NCBI GenBank assembly: GCA_049642015.1
Contig: JBAROI010000054.1
Span: 553-64,552, forward strand
Reading direction: 5' to 3'
Length of the DNA: 64,000 bases
Origin: Candidatus Omnitrophota bacterium
GTDB lineage: Bacteria; Omnitrophota; Gorgyraeia; Tantalellales; Tantalellaceae
The position numbers and the translations under genes are program-made. Below, piece after piece: positions 44,067-53,980 of this stretch (position 1 is its first letter; every line of letters begins with the position of its first letter). The notes beneath the pieces are model-generated. The model saw only the letters and a program-made list of their open reading frames with translations. It was not told the origin of the DNA and did no database searches.

Positions 44067-44506
44067 TGTTCTACGGCGAATACCTACATGCACTTGATAA
44101 AAAAGGGCGGATAATAATTCCCTCAAAATTCCGGGATGTTATTCAGGAAATGTGTATAGAAAAGTTCTACATTACCCGCGGCCTGGATGAGTGTCTTTTT
44201 ATGTTCTCCGAGAGTGAATGGAAGGCCCAGGAGAGCAAGTTCAAGACGATGCCGTTCACCAAACAGAAGGCAAGACAGTTTAACCGTTTATTCTTTTCAG
44301 GCGCCGTTGAAGCCGTTCCCGACAAGCAGTGGAGGATACTGGTACCCGGTTATCTGAAGAATTACGCGAAGCTCTCAAAGAATATCGTTATAGTCGGCAT
44401 ATCTACACGCATAGAGATCTGGGATAAGGACAAGTGGGTTGAATTTTATAAATCCTCAAAGGCGAATTACGAGGAGATTGCCGAACAATTGATGGATTTT
44501 GAATAA
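44066..44506 (+). CDS. mraZ: transcriptional regulator MraZ
   Basis: Start at GTG 44066 gives MFYGEY... matching canonical MFRG MraZ N-terminus and leaves GGAGGA SD; two duplicated MraZ half-domains. Confidence 0.8.
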   Translation: MFYGEYLHALDKKGRIIIPSKFRDVIQEMCIEKFYITRGLDECLFMFSESEWKAQESKFKTMPFTKQKARQFNRLFFSGAVEAVPDKQWRILVPGYLKNYAKLSKNIVIVGISTRIEIWDKDKWVEFYKSSKANYEEIAEQLMDFE

Positions 44507-44526
44507 AAAAAAGGGGGGGACCGTCA

Positions 44527-44717
44527 TGTACAGGCGATACGCTGTTAAATTAAATAAAAGACAAGTTGAATTTATTAATTGCGTGAATATGGTGGAGAGG
44601 ATAAAAAAAGCGCGGGCCCTGCCTTCGGGCATCGATCATCTGGGGGTCAAGTGCTATCAGATCTCTTCATCGGGGACCGGAAAAAACACATACTACACTC
44701 TCAAAGACTGTGTTTGA
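44527..44717 (+). CDS. hypothetical small protein inserted between mraZ and rsmH
   Basis: 62-aa ORF with strong SD (AAGGGGGGGA) 6 nt upstream; fills 200-nt mraZ-rsmH gap; no homology recognised. Confidence 0.3.
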
Positions 44718-45618
44718 GGAATGGGGAAAGCAGTTGCATTATCCGGCACTTTTGAGAGAGACGATCGAGAACCTTAACCTTAAGGCCGGTGATGTGGTAT
44801 TAGACGCGACTTTGGGGGGCGGAGGACACGCGAAAGAGATCCTGGGCAGAATTCTTCCGGGCGGCCGGTTAATAGGGGTAGACAGGGACCCGGAAGCCTT
44901 AAAAAGAGTCCAGGACGAATTACGGGACCATAAAGATACAATAACTTACGTCAGCGAGGATTTCAGGGAGATCGACGAGGTCTTCCATTCTCTGGGCATC
45001 GGGTCGATCGACGGGGCGATATTCGATCTTGGCATGTCATCTTTTCAGGTAGACGACGAAAAACGGGGTTTCAGCTTTTTGAAGGACGGCCCCCTGGACA
45101 TGAGGTTCGATCGGCGCAAGGGAATGACGGCCGCCGACGTGGTCAATAAATTTGGCCGGGAAGAACTGGCCGAGATCATAAAAGAATACGGGGAAGAGAG
45201 GCACGCCCGGTTTGTTGCCGGGGCCATTTGCTCGGCAAGGAAGCAGAAAAAGATCGAGACCACGGGTGAGCTTAGAGATATTATTGCCAGGGCAATAGGG
45301 CGTAAGTATAAAAGACAAAGATTGCATCCGGCGGCAAGGACGTTTCAGGCGATACGGATATACGTTAACGACGAACTCGGGGCGATAAAAGAGGCGATAA
45401 GAGAGACGGTTCCTTATTTGAGGGCGAAAGCGAGAATATGTATTATTTCTTTTCATTCGCTTGAGGACCGCATCGTAAAAAACGCCTTCAGGGACATGAA
45501 GAAGGAAGGCGTGCTGAATGTCCTTACAAAAAAGCCGATAACGCCGGGAAGGGAAGAAGTCAGGGACAACCCGAGATCAAGAAGCGCTAAATTGCGCGTA
45601 GCGGAGAAAGCGGCATGA
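44710..45618 (+). CDS. rsmH: 16S rRNA (cytosine1402-N4)-methyltransferase RsmH
   Basis: DATLGGGGHAKEIL SAM-binding motif; canonical dcw position. Confidence 0.85.
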   Translation: MFEEWGKQLHYPALLRETIENLNLKAGDVVLDATLGGGGHAKEILGRILPGGRLIGVDRDPEALKRVQDELRDHKDTITYVSEDFREIDEVFHSLGIGSIDGAIFDLGMSSFQVDDEKRGFSFLKDGPLDMRFDRRKGMTAADVVNKFGREELAEIIKEYGEERHARFVAGAICSARKQKKIETTGELRDIIARAIGRKYKRQRLHPAARTFQAIRIYVNDELGAIKEAIRETVPYLRAKARICIISFHSLEDRIVKNAFRDMKKEGVLNVLTKKPITPGREEVRDNPRSRSAKLRVAEKAA

Positions 45619-45995
45619 GAGTATACAGATATATTTGTACAGGAGTGATCGTGACGATAATGGCTGTTGGTTATGTCCATCAGCGCGTTGAAATAGTCAA
45701 AACAGGGTACAACCTCCAGAAAGACAGGGAGTACCTGTCCCGCCTCGTTGACCAGAATTCGAAATTAATGTATAATCTTTTCAAACTTGAATCTCCCAGG
45801 AATCTGTTCGCTTCAATGAACGACGAAAAAATAAAGTTCGCACGCCATACGGCAAGGCAGGAAGACGGTCGGACATACCGGACAAGCCGCGTCGTGACCG
45901 TTCCCGGCTACAATGTAGCAAGCGCGGGTAAGGGTTTTGTCGGCCGGTTTCTGGATTTTTTCGTGGCAGATGCTGAAGCGAGTCCCCGTAACTGA
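45615..45995 (+). CDS. ftsL: cell-division protein FtsL-like
   Basis: Single TM + coiled-coil, between rsmH and ftsI; ATGA coupling with rsmH. Confidence 0.5.
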   Translation: MRVYRYICTGVIVTIMAVGYVHQRVEIVKTGYNLQKDREYLSRLVDQNSKLMYNLFKLESPRNLFASMNDEKIKFARHTARQEDGRTYRTSRVVTVPGYNVASAGKGFVGRFLDFFVADAEASPRN

Positions 45996-46025
45996 TTTTT
46001 AGGACCGTGACCAGAATGAGGTAAC

Positions 46026-47696
46026 ATGTTCAAAGCGCGCCAATATCTTGTGCTCTTTCTTTTTATGTTTTTCCTCCTGGCGCTGCTGGCGAGATTGTTC
46101 TATCTGCAGATCGTCGGCTATCAGAAGTTTTCAGGCATGGCGGCCGAGCAGCATAACAGGGTCATGAGGATCGATCCGCGAAGGGGCGCGTTGTGCGACA
46201 GCAACATGGAGCCGCTGGCCATAAACCTGGACTCACCGAGTATTTTTGCGGACCCGCGAAACATAGAAGATCCCGAACACACGGCCGACATACTTTCGGA
46301 TGTACTCGACATCGACCGGGAGATCCTCCTGGAGCGTCTCAAGAAAGATAAATCTTTTGCCTGGGTCAAGAGGAAAGTGAGTGAAGAAAAGGCCGACAGG
46401 GTCAAGGCACTTGGTTTAAAAGGCGTGCACTTCCTTAACGAGCGTAAAAGAAGCTATCCCAACGATAACATGGCTTCGCATGTCGTCGGATTTGCCGGCA
46501 TTGATAATACAGGGCTGGAAGGGGTCGAGCTGCAGTATGATGAGAAACTGAAGGGGAAGCCGGGATGGCGGTATCTTGTTAAAGACGCCAGGAGAAGGAC
46601 CGTCCTGTACAACGAGAGAGATTCCATTCCGCCGCAGAACGGGTATAACATCATCCTTACCATCGACAGCGTTATTCAGTTCATAGTCGAGGAAGAGCTC
46701 AGGAAGATGGTCTCGAGATATCATGCCGATAGCGCTTCGGCTATTGTCATGGACCCCTTTTCGGGCAGGGTCCTGGCGATGGCAAATTACCCCGACTACG
46801 ATCCTAATTCTTTTGACGAAGTATCGACCTCTTTTATCAAAAATACGAGCGTCTCAAGCGTTTTTGAGCCAGGTAGTGTGTTTAAAATAGTGACCGCGAG
46901 TGCCGCCCTGAATGAAAAAAAGTTCGAGACGGATGACGTGATTTACTGTGAAAATGGCAACTACAGGGTCGCCGGAAGAGTATTGCACGATTTTCATAGT
47001 TACGGGGATCTCTCTTTCAGGGAAGTCATAACAAAGTCAAGCAATATCGGGACCGTGAAGGTAGCGCGGGAACTGGGAGAAGAGACTGTTTACGAGTATA
47101 TCGGCAAATTCGGCTTCGGAAGGAAGACCGGGATCGACCTTCCCGGAGAGGTAAACGGCATAAGCAGGTCCCCTTCCGTCTGGTCGGGAAGCGATATTAC
47201 GACTATACCGATCGGCCAGGGCATCGCGGTGACCCCGATACAGCTGGTGCGTGCTATAAGCGTTATCGCCAACGGTGGTTACCTGGTTACGCCGCACGTG
47301 GTTGACCGGATCATGACCTGGGAGGGAGAATTTTACAGTAAGTACGATCCGCCGAAAAAAGCGCAGGTTTTAAGCAGGGATACTTGCAAAAAAATGAAGG
47401 ACATCCTGCGGGGGGCTGTGACTAGCGGGACGGGAAGATACGCCCAGTCCAAGTTTTACACTACGTGCGGTAAAACAGGAACGGCTCAAATGATAAATCC
47501 CAAAGGCGGTTACTATCCCAATAAGTATGTCGCTTCGTTTATAGGGTTCGCCCCGGAGGAAAGGCCCCTTGTGAGCATTGTCGTAACCGCGAAGAACCCT
47601 CATCCTGTTTATTTCGGAGGCACCGTCGCCGGACCGGTCTTCAAAAAGATAGCAGAAAGGACTTTACAGTACCTTGGGTCAGGCAAAAATGAGTAA
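46026..47696 (+). CDS. ftsI: peptidoglycan D,D-transpeptidase FtsI (PBP3-type)
   Basis: N-terminal TM, PBP dimerisation domain, SxxK (SVFEPGSVFK) and SxN/KTG (KTGTA) transpeptidase motifs. Confidence 0.85.
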   Translation: MFKARQYLVLFLFMFFLLALLARLFYLQIVGYQKFSGMAAEQHNRVMRIDPRRGALCDSNMEPLAINLDSPSIFADPRNIEDPEHTADILSDVLDIDREILLERLKKDKSFAWVKRKVSEEKADRVKALGLKGVHFLNERKRSYPNDNMASHVVGFAGIDNTGLEGVELQYDEKLKGKPGWRYLVKDARRRTVLYNERDSIPPQNGYNIILTIDSVIQFIVEEELRKMVSRYHADSASAIVMDPFSGRVLAMANYPDYDPNSFDEVSTSFIKNTSVSSVFEPGSVFKIVTASAALNEKKFETDDVIYCENGNYRVAGRVLHDFHSYGDLSFREVITKSSNIGTVKVARELGEETVYEYIGKFGFGRKTGIDLPGEVNGISRSPSVWSGSDITTIPIGQGIAVTPIQLVRAISVIANGGYLVTPHVVDRIMTWEGEFYSKYDPPKKAQVLSRDTCKKMKDILRGAVTSGTGRYAQSKFYTTCGKTGTAQMINPKGGYYPNKYVASFIGFAPEERPLVSIVVTAKNPHPVYFGGTVAGPVFKKIAERTLQYLGSGKNE

Positions 47697-49149
47697 TACA
47701 GATCTGAATAAATTAGTAGATTCCGGATTTATCAGCAGAGATAACCTCAAGATCGATTCGCGCGAGGTCATAGAGGGTGATATTTTCGTCGCCCTGAAAG
47801 GGACCGCGTGCGACGGGCACGATTTTATCGGTGAAGCTCTTGCCAGGGGCGCCGCCGGGGTAATATGCGAACGCGAAGTGCCGGGGCTCCTCGAAGCCGA
47901 CAGCGCGAAGCTGATAAAGGTCGAAAACGTGAGGAGGGCGCTGGCGCAGGCGGCGAAACGGATATTTGAAGACCCTTCCGAAAAACTGGAAGTTTACGGT
48001 GTTACGGGAACAAACGGGAAAACAACGACGATTTTCCTGATCGACGGCATTCTTTCCGCCGCGGGGAAAAACGGCGGCCTGGTAAGCACGGTCTTTACGA
48101 AGACGTCCGATGATGCTATTACCCGTTCGTCCATGACAACGCCGGACGCGGTCACGCTGAACCGGTTATTGTCAGAAATGGTCTCCGGCGGGAAAAAGGC
48201 TGTTGCCCTGGAGATATCCAGTCACGCGCTTTCTCAAGGAAGGACGCTCGGCATAGGCCTGGACGGCGCTGTTTTTACGAATATCACGCCCGAACACCTT
48301 GATTATCACGGCAATATGGAGAATTACCTCAGGGATAAGTCCAGGATCTTCGATAACCTTAAGTCCGGCGGGACAGGTGTCATAAACCTGGACGATCCGA
48401 CTCTCAAGGAACTTAAGGGAAAATTAAACCTTCCGCGCCTTATCTCTTACGGCACATCTCCGGAAGCGGATATAAGGGCAAAAAACATAAAGACCGGACC
48501 CGATGGATTGAGGTTTGATCTGGTAATGAAAGATGGCCGCGGAGTAAGCATCAGTTCAGGCCTGATAGGAAGACATAATGTTTATAACATGATGGCGGCG
48601 GCGGCTGTTCTTTCCGGGAACGGCATCAACGCGGAAGATATTAAAAAAGGTCTGGAAAGCGCTCAGGCGGTTCCGGGGAGGATGGACGCGGTGAGAAGCG
48701 GAGCCCCATTCAAGGTTTTCGTGGACTACGCCCACACGCCTAATGCTCTTGAAAACGCTTTGAAGTGTCTTCGCTCTATCGCCGGACGGCGGCTGATCTG
48801 CGTCTTCGGGTGCGGAGGAGACCGGGACCGGGCAAAAAGGCCCGTTATGGGGAGTCTCGCGTCAGAGATCTGCGACCACGTGATCGTGACCAGCGACAAT
48901 CCCAGAACGGAGGACCCCGAAGATATTATACGGCAGATCGAAAAGGGGATGCCTGATAACGGTAAATATAGTATAATATTACAACGACGCGAAGCCATTC
49001 GGAAAGCCTTGAAAATGGCGGATGACAGCGACATAGTTATTATAGCCGGTAAAGGACATGAAGATTACCAGATAATAGGCGAAAAGGTCCTGCACTTTGA
49101 CGACAAGGAAGTCGCCGGCGAAATATTGACAGAACTTGGATATGATTGA
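47689..49149 (+). CDS. murE: UDP-N-acetylmuramoyl-L-alanyl-D-glutamate--2,6-diaminopimelate ligase
   Basis: Mur ligase GVTGTNGKTTT; start set at MSNTDL (47689), which aligns with the E. coli MurE N-terminus. Confidence 0.85.
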   Translation: MSNTDLNKLVDSGFISRDNLKIDSREVIEGDIFVALKGTACDGHDFIGEALARGAAGVICEREVPGLLEADSAKLIKVENVRRALAQAAKRIFEDPSEKLEVYGVTGTNGKTTTIFLIDGILSAAGKNGGLVSTVFTKTSDDAITRSSMTTPDAVTLNRLLSEMVSGGKKAVALEISSHALSQGRTLGIGLDGAVFTNITPEHLDYHGNMENYLRDKSRIFDNLKSGGTGVINLDDPTLKELKGKLNLPRLISYGTSPEADIRAKNIKTGPDGLRFDLVMKDGRGVSISSGLIGRHNVYNMMAAAAVLSGNGINAEDIKKGLESAQAVPGRMDAVRSGAPFKVFVDYAHTPNALENALKCLRSIAGRRLICVFGCGGDRDRAKRPVMGSLASEICDHVIVTSDNPRTEDPEDIIRQIEKGMPDNGKYSIILQRREAIRKALKMADDSDIVIIAGKGHEDYQIIGEKVLHFDDKEVAGEILTELGYD

Positions 49150-50518
49150 ACTTACGGTAAAGGACATAGCGAGAGTTACGGACGGAAAGCTTGTCTCGAA
49201 AGACGAGAACGCCGTTGTGTGGGGATTTTCAATAGACTCGAGGACGATATGTCCGGGTGAATTCTTTATCGCCGTCAAGGGGCAGAATTTCGACGGCCAT
49301 GACTTTATCGGCGCGGCCGTTCAGAAAGGAGCCGCGGGCATCCTTGCTGAACGCGATGTAAGTTCTGAATATGGCGGGAAGATCGATCACGTTCTCACGG
49401 TTGAAGATTCGCGCGAGGCCATGGGCCGGATAGCGGCTGAGATAAGAAACCGCGCGCGTATTCCCGTGGTGTGCGCGACCGGCACCAGCGGCAAGACCAC
49501 GCTGAAAGAGATGCTTTCGTGCCTTTTGTCTTCGAAGTACAACGTCCTGAAAAGCAAGAAGTCCTATAATAACATCATAGGTTTAAGCCTGACGTTATTC
49601 GGGCTTAGCCCGAGTCATGACGTAGCCGTTCTGGAATTGGGAACCAACCGCCCGGGCGAGATCTCGGACCTCGCCCAGATAGCGCGTCCGTCCGTGTGCG
49701 TTATCACCAATATCGGCGATGGGCACCTTGAATTTTTAAAGGACCGGGAGGGAGTCTTTGCCGAAAAGGTGAAACTGCTGGATTTTCTGAAAGATTCAGG
49801 CGCGGCGTTTTTGAACAGCGATGACCCGCTTCTAAAGAAGGTAAGCGCGGAAGAAGGCGCGATAAGATTTTTCGGCACTTCCGGTGATCCCGATTTCCGG
49901 ATCACTGATATAAAAAAGGAGAAAAGCGGATATAGTTTTTCTCTCGGCGGAAGCGCTTTTTTTGTTCCCCTGGAGGGAGAACATAACGTTTACAACGCGG
50001 CTGCCGCGATCGCGGTATCGAGGCATCTGGGCGTAGGCGATGAGGAGATACGTTCAAAGATGAAGGAGATGACCCTGCCCGGCATGCGCCTCGAAAGGGT
50101 GGAGGCAGGCGGCGTGACGTTTATCAACGATTCTTATAACGCCAATCCCGATTCTTTCAAGTGCGCCCTGGAAGTTCTGCGGGAAAGCCCCACGAAAGGA
50201 AAAAGGATCGTGGTGGCCGGCGACATGATGGAACTGGGCGCTAAAACCACAAGCTTTCATGAAATAATAGGAAAGAGCATAGCGGGGAAGAATATCGATT
50301 TTCTGATCACTATAGGCGGCATGGCTGAACATATTGCCCGCGGAGCGCTGGAGTCGGGCATGGCGAGGGAAAATGTTGTTCGCGTAGGAAGCCATGAAGA
50401 AGCAGCTGATATAATCCGGCGCGTAGCGAAAGCCGGCGATATCGTATTGGTAAAAGGCTCGCGGGCCAGCAAAATGGAGGAAGTTCTCAGATGTTTTACC
50501 ACCTACTGTATCCACTGA
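49136..50518 (+). CDS. murF: UDP-N-acetylmuramoyl-tripeptide--D-alanyl-D-alanine ligase
   Basis: Mur ligase GTSGKTT, DSYNANP motif. Confidence 0.85.
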   Translation: MDMIELTVKDIARVTDGKLVSKDENAVVWGFSIDSRTICPGEFFIAVKGQNFDGHDFIGAAVQKGAAGILAERDVSSEYGGKIDHVLTVEDSREAMGRIAAEIRNRARIPVVCATGTSGKTTLKEMLSCLLSSKYNVLKSKKSYNNIIGLSLTLFGLSPSHDVAVLELGTNRPGEISDLAQIARPSVCVITNIGDGHLEFLKDREGVFAEKVKLLDFLKDSGAAFLNSDDPLLKKVSAEEGAIRFFGTSGDPDFRITDIKKEKSGYSFSLGGSAFFVPLEGEHNVYNAAAAIAVSRHLGVGDEEIRSKMKEMTLPGMRLERVEAGGVTFINDSYNANPDSFKCALEVLRESPTKGKRIVVAGDMMELGAKTTSFHEIIGKSIAGKNIDFLITIGGMAEHIARGALESGMARENVVRVGSHEEAADIIRRVAKAGDIVLVKGSRASKMEEVLRCFTTYCIH

Positions 50519-51579
50519 AGGATCTATGGTTCGGTTTTAATGTTTTCAGGTACATAACTTTCCGGGCAAGCATGGCCGCGGTAACGGCGTTTTTGCTTTC
50601 CATAATAGTCGGTCCGGCCATTATAGGATGGCTGAAAAAATGGAACGTCGGGCAGTACATCCGCAGGCAGCACGTGGACGATATCTACGATCTTCACAAG
50701 CACAAAGAAGGAACGCCGACGATGGGCGGCGCTATGATCATAGTTTCCGTTCTCATATCGACTATTTTATGGGCGAGGCTGGATAACGACTTTATAATTC
50801 TCGTGCTTGGCGGCATGGTGTGGATGGGCATCATCGGATTTATCGACGATTATTTGAAACTGAAGACCAAGAGCCCCAAGGGCGTGCACGCGATGACCAA
50901 GATCGTCGGGCAGGTGTCGCTTGCCCTTATCGTCGGCCTTTTTGTTCTGCGTAACAGCGCGATCGGAACAGACCTCTACCTTCCGTTTTTGAAGAATGCC
51001 GTTGCGAACCTGGGCGTATTTTATATCCTTTTTATTCTGCTGGTGATCGTAGGCACTTCGAACGCGGTTAACCTGACGGACGGCTTGGATGGGCTGGCGA
51101 TCGGGTGCGTTGTTTTTGTCGCGTTAACGTACGCCGTCGTAAGTTACGTGACCGGTAACGCTGTTGCGAGTAAATACCTTAACGTCTTTTATCTTTCCGG
51201 CTCGGGAGAGTTAACGTGTTTTTGCGCCGCCCTGGCGGGCGCGGGATTAGGATTTTTATGGTTCAACGGCCCTCCCGCAAGCATTTTTATGGGGGATACG
51301 GGAGCGCTTTCGCTTGGCGGAGCCATCGGCATCGTCAGCGTCCTGATCAAAAAAGAAGCGCTTCTCCTGATCGCCGGCGGCATTTTTGCCGTAGAAGCGC
51401 TGTCGGTTATTTTGCAGGTGCTGTTTTTTAAGTTGGGGAAAAAACGTCTCTTCCTGATGACCCCGATCCATCACCATTTTCAGATCAAAGGGCTTGCCGA
51501 ATCCAAGATCACGGTTCGGTTCTGGATCATCGCCGCCTTACTCGCGCTCTTGAGCATGACCACGTTAAAGGTGCGCTAA
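50491..51579 (+). CDS. mraY: phospho-N-acetylmuramoyl-pentapeptide transferase
   Basis: 10-TM; GFNVFRYITFRA N-terminus and NAVNLTDGLDGLA motif. Confidence 0.9.
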   Translation: MFYHLLYPLKDLWFGFNVFRYITFRASMAAVTAFLLSIIVGPAIIGWLKKWNVGQYIRRQHVDDIYDLHKHKEGTPTMGGAMIIVSVLISTILWARLDNDFIILVLGGMVWMGIIGFIDDYLKLKTKSPKGVHAMTKIVGQVSLALIVGLFVLRNSAIGTDLYLPFLKNAVANLGVFYILFILLVIVGTSNAVNLTDGLDGLAIGCVVFVALTYAVVSYVTGNAVASKYLNVFYLSGSGELTCFCAALAGAGLGFLWFNGPPASIFMGDTGALSLGGAIGIVSVLIKKEALLLIAGGIFAVEALSVILQVLFFKLGKKRLFLMTPIHHHFQIKGLAESKITVRFWIIAALLALLSMTTLKVR

Positions 51580-51581
51580 CC

Positions 51582-52898
51582 ATGATCGATATCAGAGGCA
51601 AAAAAGTACTGGTAGCCGGGCTGGGCATAAGCGGTTACGCGGCCGCGGAACTGCTTGCGTGCAAAGGCGCCCTGGTGAAGGTGACCGAGAGCGAAGATGT
51701 CCCGGAGGCGAGGCAGAGACTGAAAAAGCTTGCGTGCTACGAGGTGCAGTATGAGATTGGCGGGCATACGGCGCCTTTTTGCTCGGATGTCGAACTTGTT
51801 GTCATCAGTCCCGGTATGGGCGCTGACTCTTTCCCTGTTTCCGTTGCGCGTGAAAAGGGCATCCCGGTCGTGGGTGAGCTGGAATTGGGGTTCTGGTTCT
51901 GCCCCGCGCCGGTGATCGCCATAACCGGGACTAATGGGAAAAGCACTGTGACGGAACTTATCGGAAGCATGCTTTCTTCTTCGGGCATGCACGCGGTAGT
52001 ATGCGGGAATATAGGCAATCCTTTGAGCGGCGTAGTAGATGAACTTTCGGAAAAGAGCGTGGCGGTAGTAGAGGTGAGCTCTTTTCAGCTGGAGACGATA
52101 AAAGATTTCAAACCCCGCGTTGCCGCTCTTCTGAATATATCCGACGACCACTATGAGCGGCACGGCGATTACACAAGCTACAAGGCGGAGAAGTTCAGGA
52201 TTTTCAGCAACCAGGACGAAAAGGACTGGGCCCTGGTCCATTCTGATTTTCAAGGTGATCCGGCGCTGAAAAATGTCCGCAGCCAGGTCGTTTATTTCGA
52301 TTCCGGAAAAGAAGAAGCCTTTAAAGGAACCATAAAGAGAGAAGAAGTGCCCCTGGAGGGTAAACATAACCTGGAGAATATTGCCTGTTCCATTCTCGCG
52401 TCAAGGATAATGGGCGCGCCGGAGAAAAGCATGCGGGAAGCGATCCTGGCTTTTAAAGGCTTGCCTCACAGGTTTGAAAGAGTGGGGGCGTACGAAGGGG
52501 TGGAGTTTATCGACGACTCTAAAGCCACGAATATCGACGCGGCGAAGCGCGCGCTGGAATCTCTTGAAAAAAAAACGGTTTTAATAGCCGGGGGCAGAGA
52601 TAAGGGCGGCGATTACGATTCCGTTTTACCCGTTGTGGAAGACAGGGTAAAAGCCATGGTGCTTATTGGTGAAGCGCGCGAAAGGATGGCGGAGGCATTT
52701 TCAAAAACGGTGTCCGTTTCCAGCGCCGGAACAATGGGAGAAGCCGTGAAAAAGGCCTATTCGCTGGCGGAGAAGGGAGATGTGGTTATGCTTTCGCCGA
52801 TGTGCTCGAGCTTTGATATGTTTTTGAGCTATAAAGAGCGCGGAGAGGTGTTCCAGGCGGAAGTTAAGAAATTATTCCAGGAGGCGAAAACCGGGTGA
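51582..52898 (+). CDS. murD: UDP-N-acetylmuramoylalanine--D-glutamate ligase
   Basis: GLGISG Rossmann N-terminus, GTNGKST Mur-ligase P-loop. Confidence 0.85.
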   Translation: MIDIRGKKVLVAGLGISGYAAAELLACKGALVKVTESEDVPEARQRLKKLACYEVQYEIGGHTAPFCSDVELVVISPGMGADSFPVSVAREKGIPVVGELELGFWFCPAPVIAITGTNGKSTVTELIGSMLSSSGMHAVVCGNIGNPLSGVVDELSEKSVAVVEVSSFQLETIKDFKPRVAALLNISDDHYERHGDYTSYKAEKFRIFSNQDEKDWALVHSDFQGDPALKNVRSQVVYFDSGKEEAFKGTIKREEVPLEGKHNLENIACSILASRIMGAPEKSMREAILAFKGLPHRFERVGAYEGVEFIDDSKATNIDAAKRALESLEKKTVLIAGGRDKGGDYDSVLPVVEDRVKAMVLIGEARERMAEAFSKTVSVSSAGTMGEAVKKAYSLAEKGDVVMLSPMCSSFDMFLSYKERGEVFQAEVKKLFQEAKTG

Positions 52899-53980
52899 AT
52901 AAGGACGCAAGGATAGTTCTTTTGGTGACGTCGCTGCTTGTGATGATAGGCATAGTGATGATCTATTCCTCGAGCGGTGTATACGCGCACGGCACTTACG
53001 GGGACAGCCTGTATTTTGTGAAGAGGCACCTCATGTATCTTATAATAGGCCTGGCGGTGGCGGTATTCTGCATGTCGGTCCCGCCTATGGGCATCCAGGA
53101 GCACGCCAGGAAGACCATGCTGATCTCCATCGTTCTTCTTTTCGCGGTCCTGGTGCCGGGGATAGGTTCTGAGATCTCCGGGGCAAGGAGGTGGATAAGG
53201 TTCGCGGGCTTCGGGTTTCAGCCCTCTGAACTGGCGAAGCTGGCGGTGATCATTTATCTGGCCGACCTGACGTCACGAAAGAAATATTCCATGCAGGACC
53301 TGAGATACGGTTTTTTTCCACCCTTATTTGTTATCGGTTTTACCGGGGCCCTGGTCCTTGTCGAGCCGGACATGGGAACCTCTATTGCGATACTTTTTGT
53401 GGGGCTGGCTCTTTTGTTTGCCGCGGGGGCAAAAATAAAACACTTGATCTTTGTCGCGGCAAGCATGCTTCCCATGTTATGCCTTGCCGTTATCAGCGCA
53501 CCTTACAGGTTAAGGCGCATAATGATCTTTTTTAATCCATGGCGGGATCCTCGCGGTGCCGGGTTTCAGCTCATACAGTCTTTTATCGCCCTGGGTTCCG
53601 GGGGATTCACGGGCGTGGGGCTGGGCTCGTCGAAACAGAAGTTGTTTTATCTGCCGGAATCGCATACGGATTTCATTTTTTCGATCATCGGCGAAGAACT
53701 GGGTTTTTTCGGGACCGCGTCGGTGCTTATTCTCTTTACTGTTCTTGTATGGTATTCTTTTAGAATAGCGCTGAAGCTAAAAGAGATGTTCATGTCGCGG
53801 GTCGTGCTCGGCATAAGCATGATGATCGCTTTTGAAGTAGCCGTGAACATCGGCGTGTCGACAGGGGCGCTGCCGACGAAAGGGCTTCCCCTTCCGTTTA
53901 TAAGTTACGGCGGCAGCTCCCTTGTATGCCATCTTGCCGCGATAGGTATTATTCTTAACATGTCAAAAGAGGCGGAATAA
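52895..53980 (+). CDS. ftsW: peptidoglycan glycosyltransferase FtsW (SEDS)
   Basis: SEDS-family multi-TM protein; PESHTDFIFS motif. Confidence 0.85.
   Translation: MNKDARIVLLVTSLLVMIGIVMIYSSSGVYAHGTYGDSLYFVKRHLMYLIIGLAVAVFCMSVPPMGIQEHARKTMLISIVLLFAVLVPGIGSEISGARRWIRFAGFGFQPSELAKLAVIIYLADLTSRKKYSMQDLRYGFFPPLFVIGFTGALVLVEPDMGTSIAILFVGLALLFAAGAKIKHLIFVAASMLPMLCLAVISAPYRLRRIMIFFNPWRDPRGAGFQLIQSFIALGSGGFTGVGLGSSKQKLFYLPESHTDFIFSIIGEELGFFGTASVLILFTVLVWYSFRIALKLKEMFMSRVVLGISMMIAFEVAVNIGVSTGALPTKGLPLPFISYGGSSLVCHLAAIGIILNMSKEAE

Noticed and set aside
51576-52367. 263-aa minus-strand ORF opposite murD, and similar antisense ORFs across the dcw cluster (for example 56218..56970, 54422..55006, 50054..50515)
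   Set aside because: They overlap highly conserved Mur ligase and transferase genes on the + strand. These are shadow ORFs.
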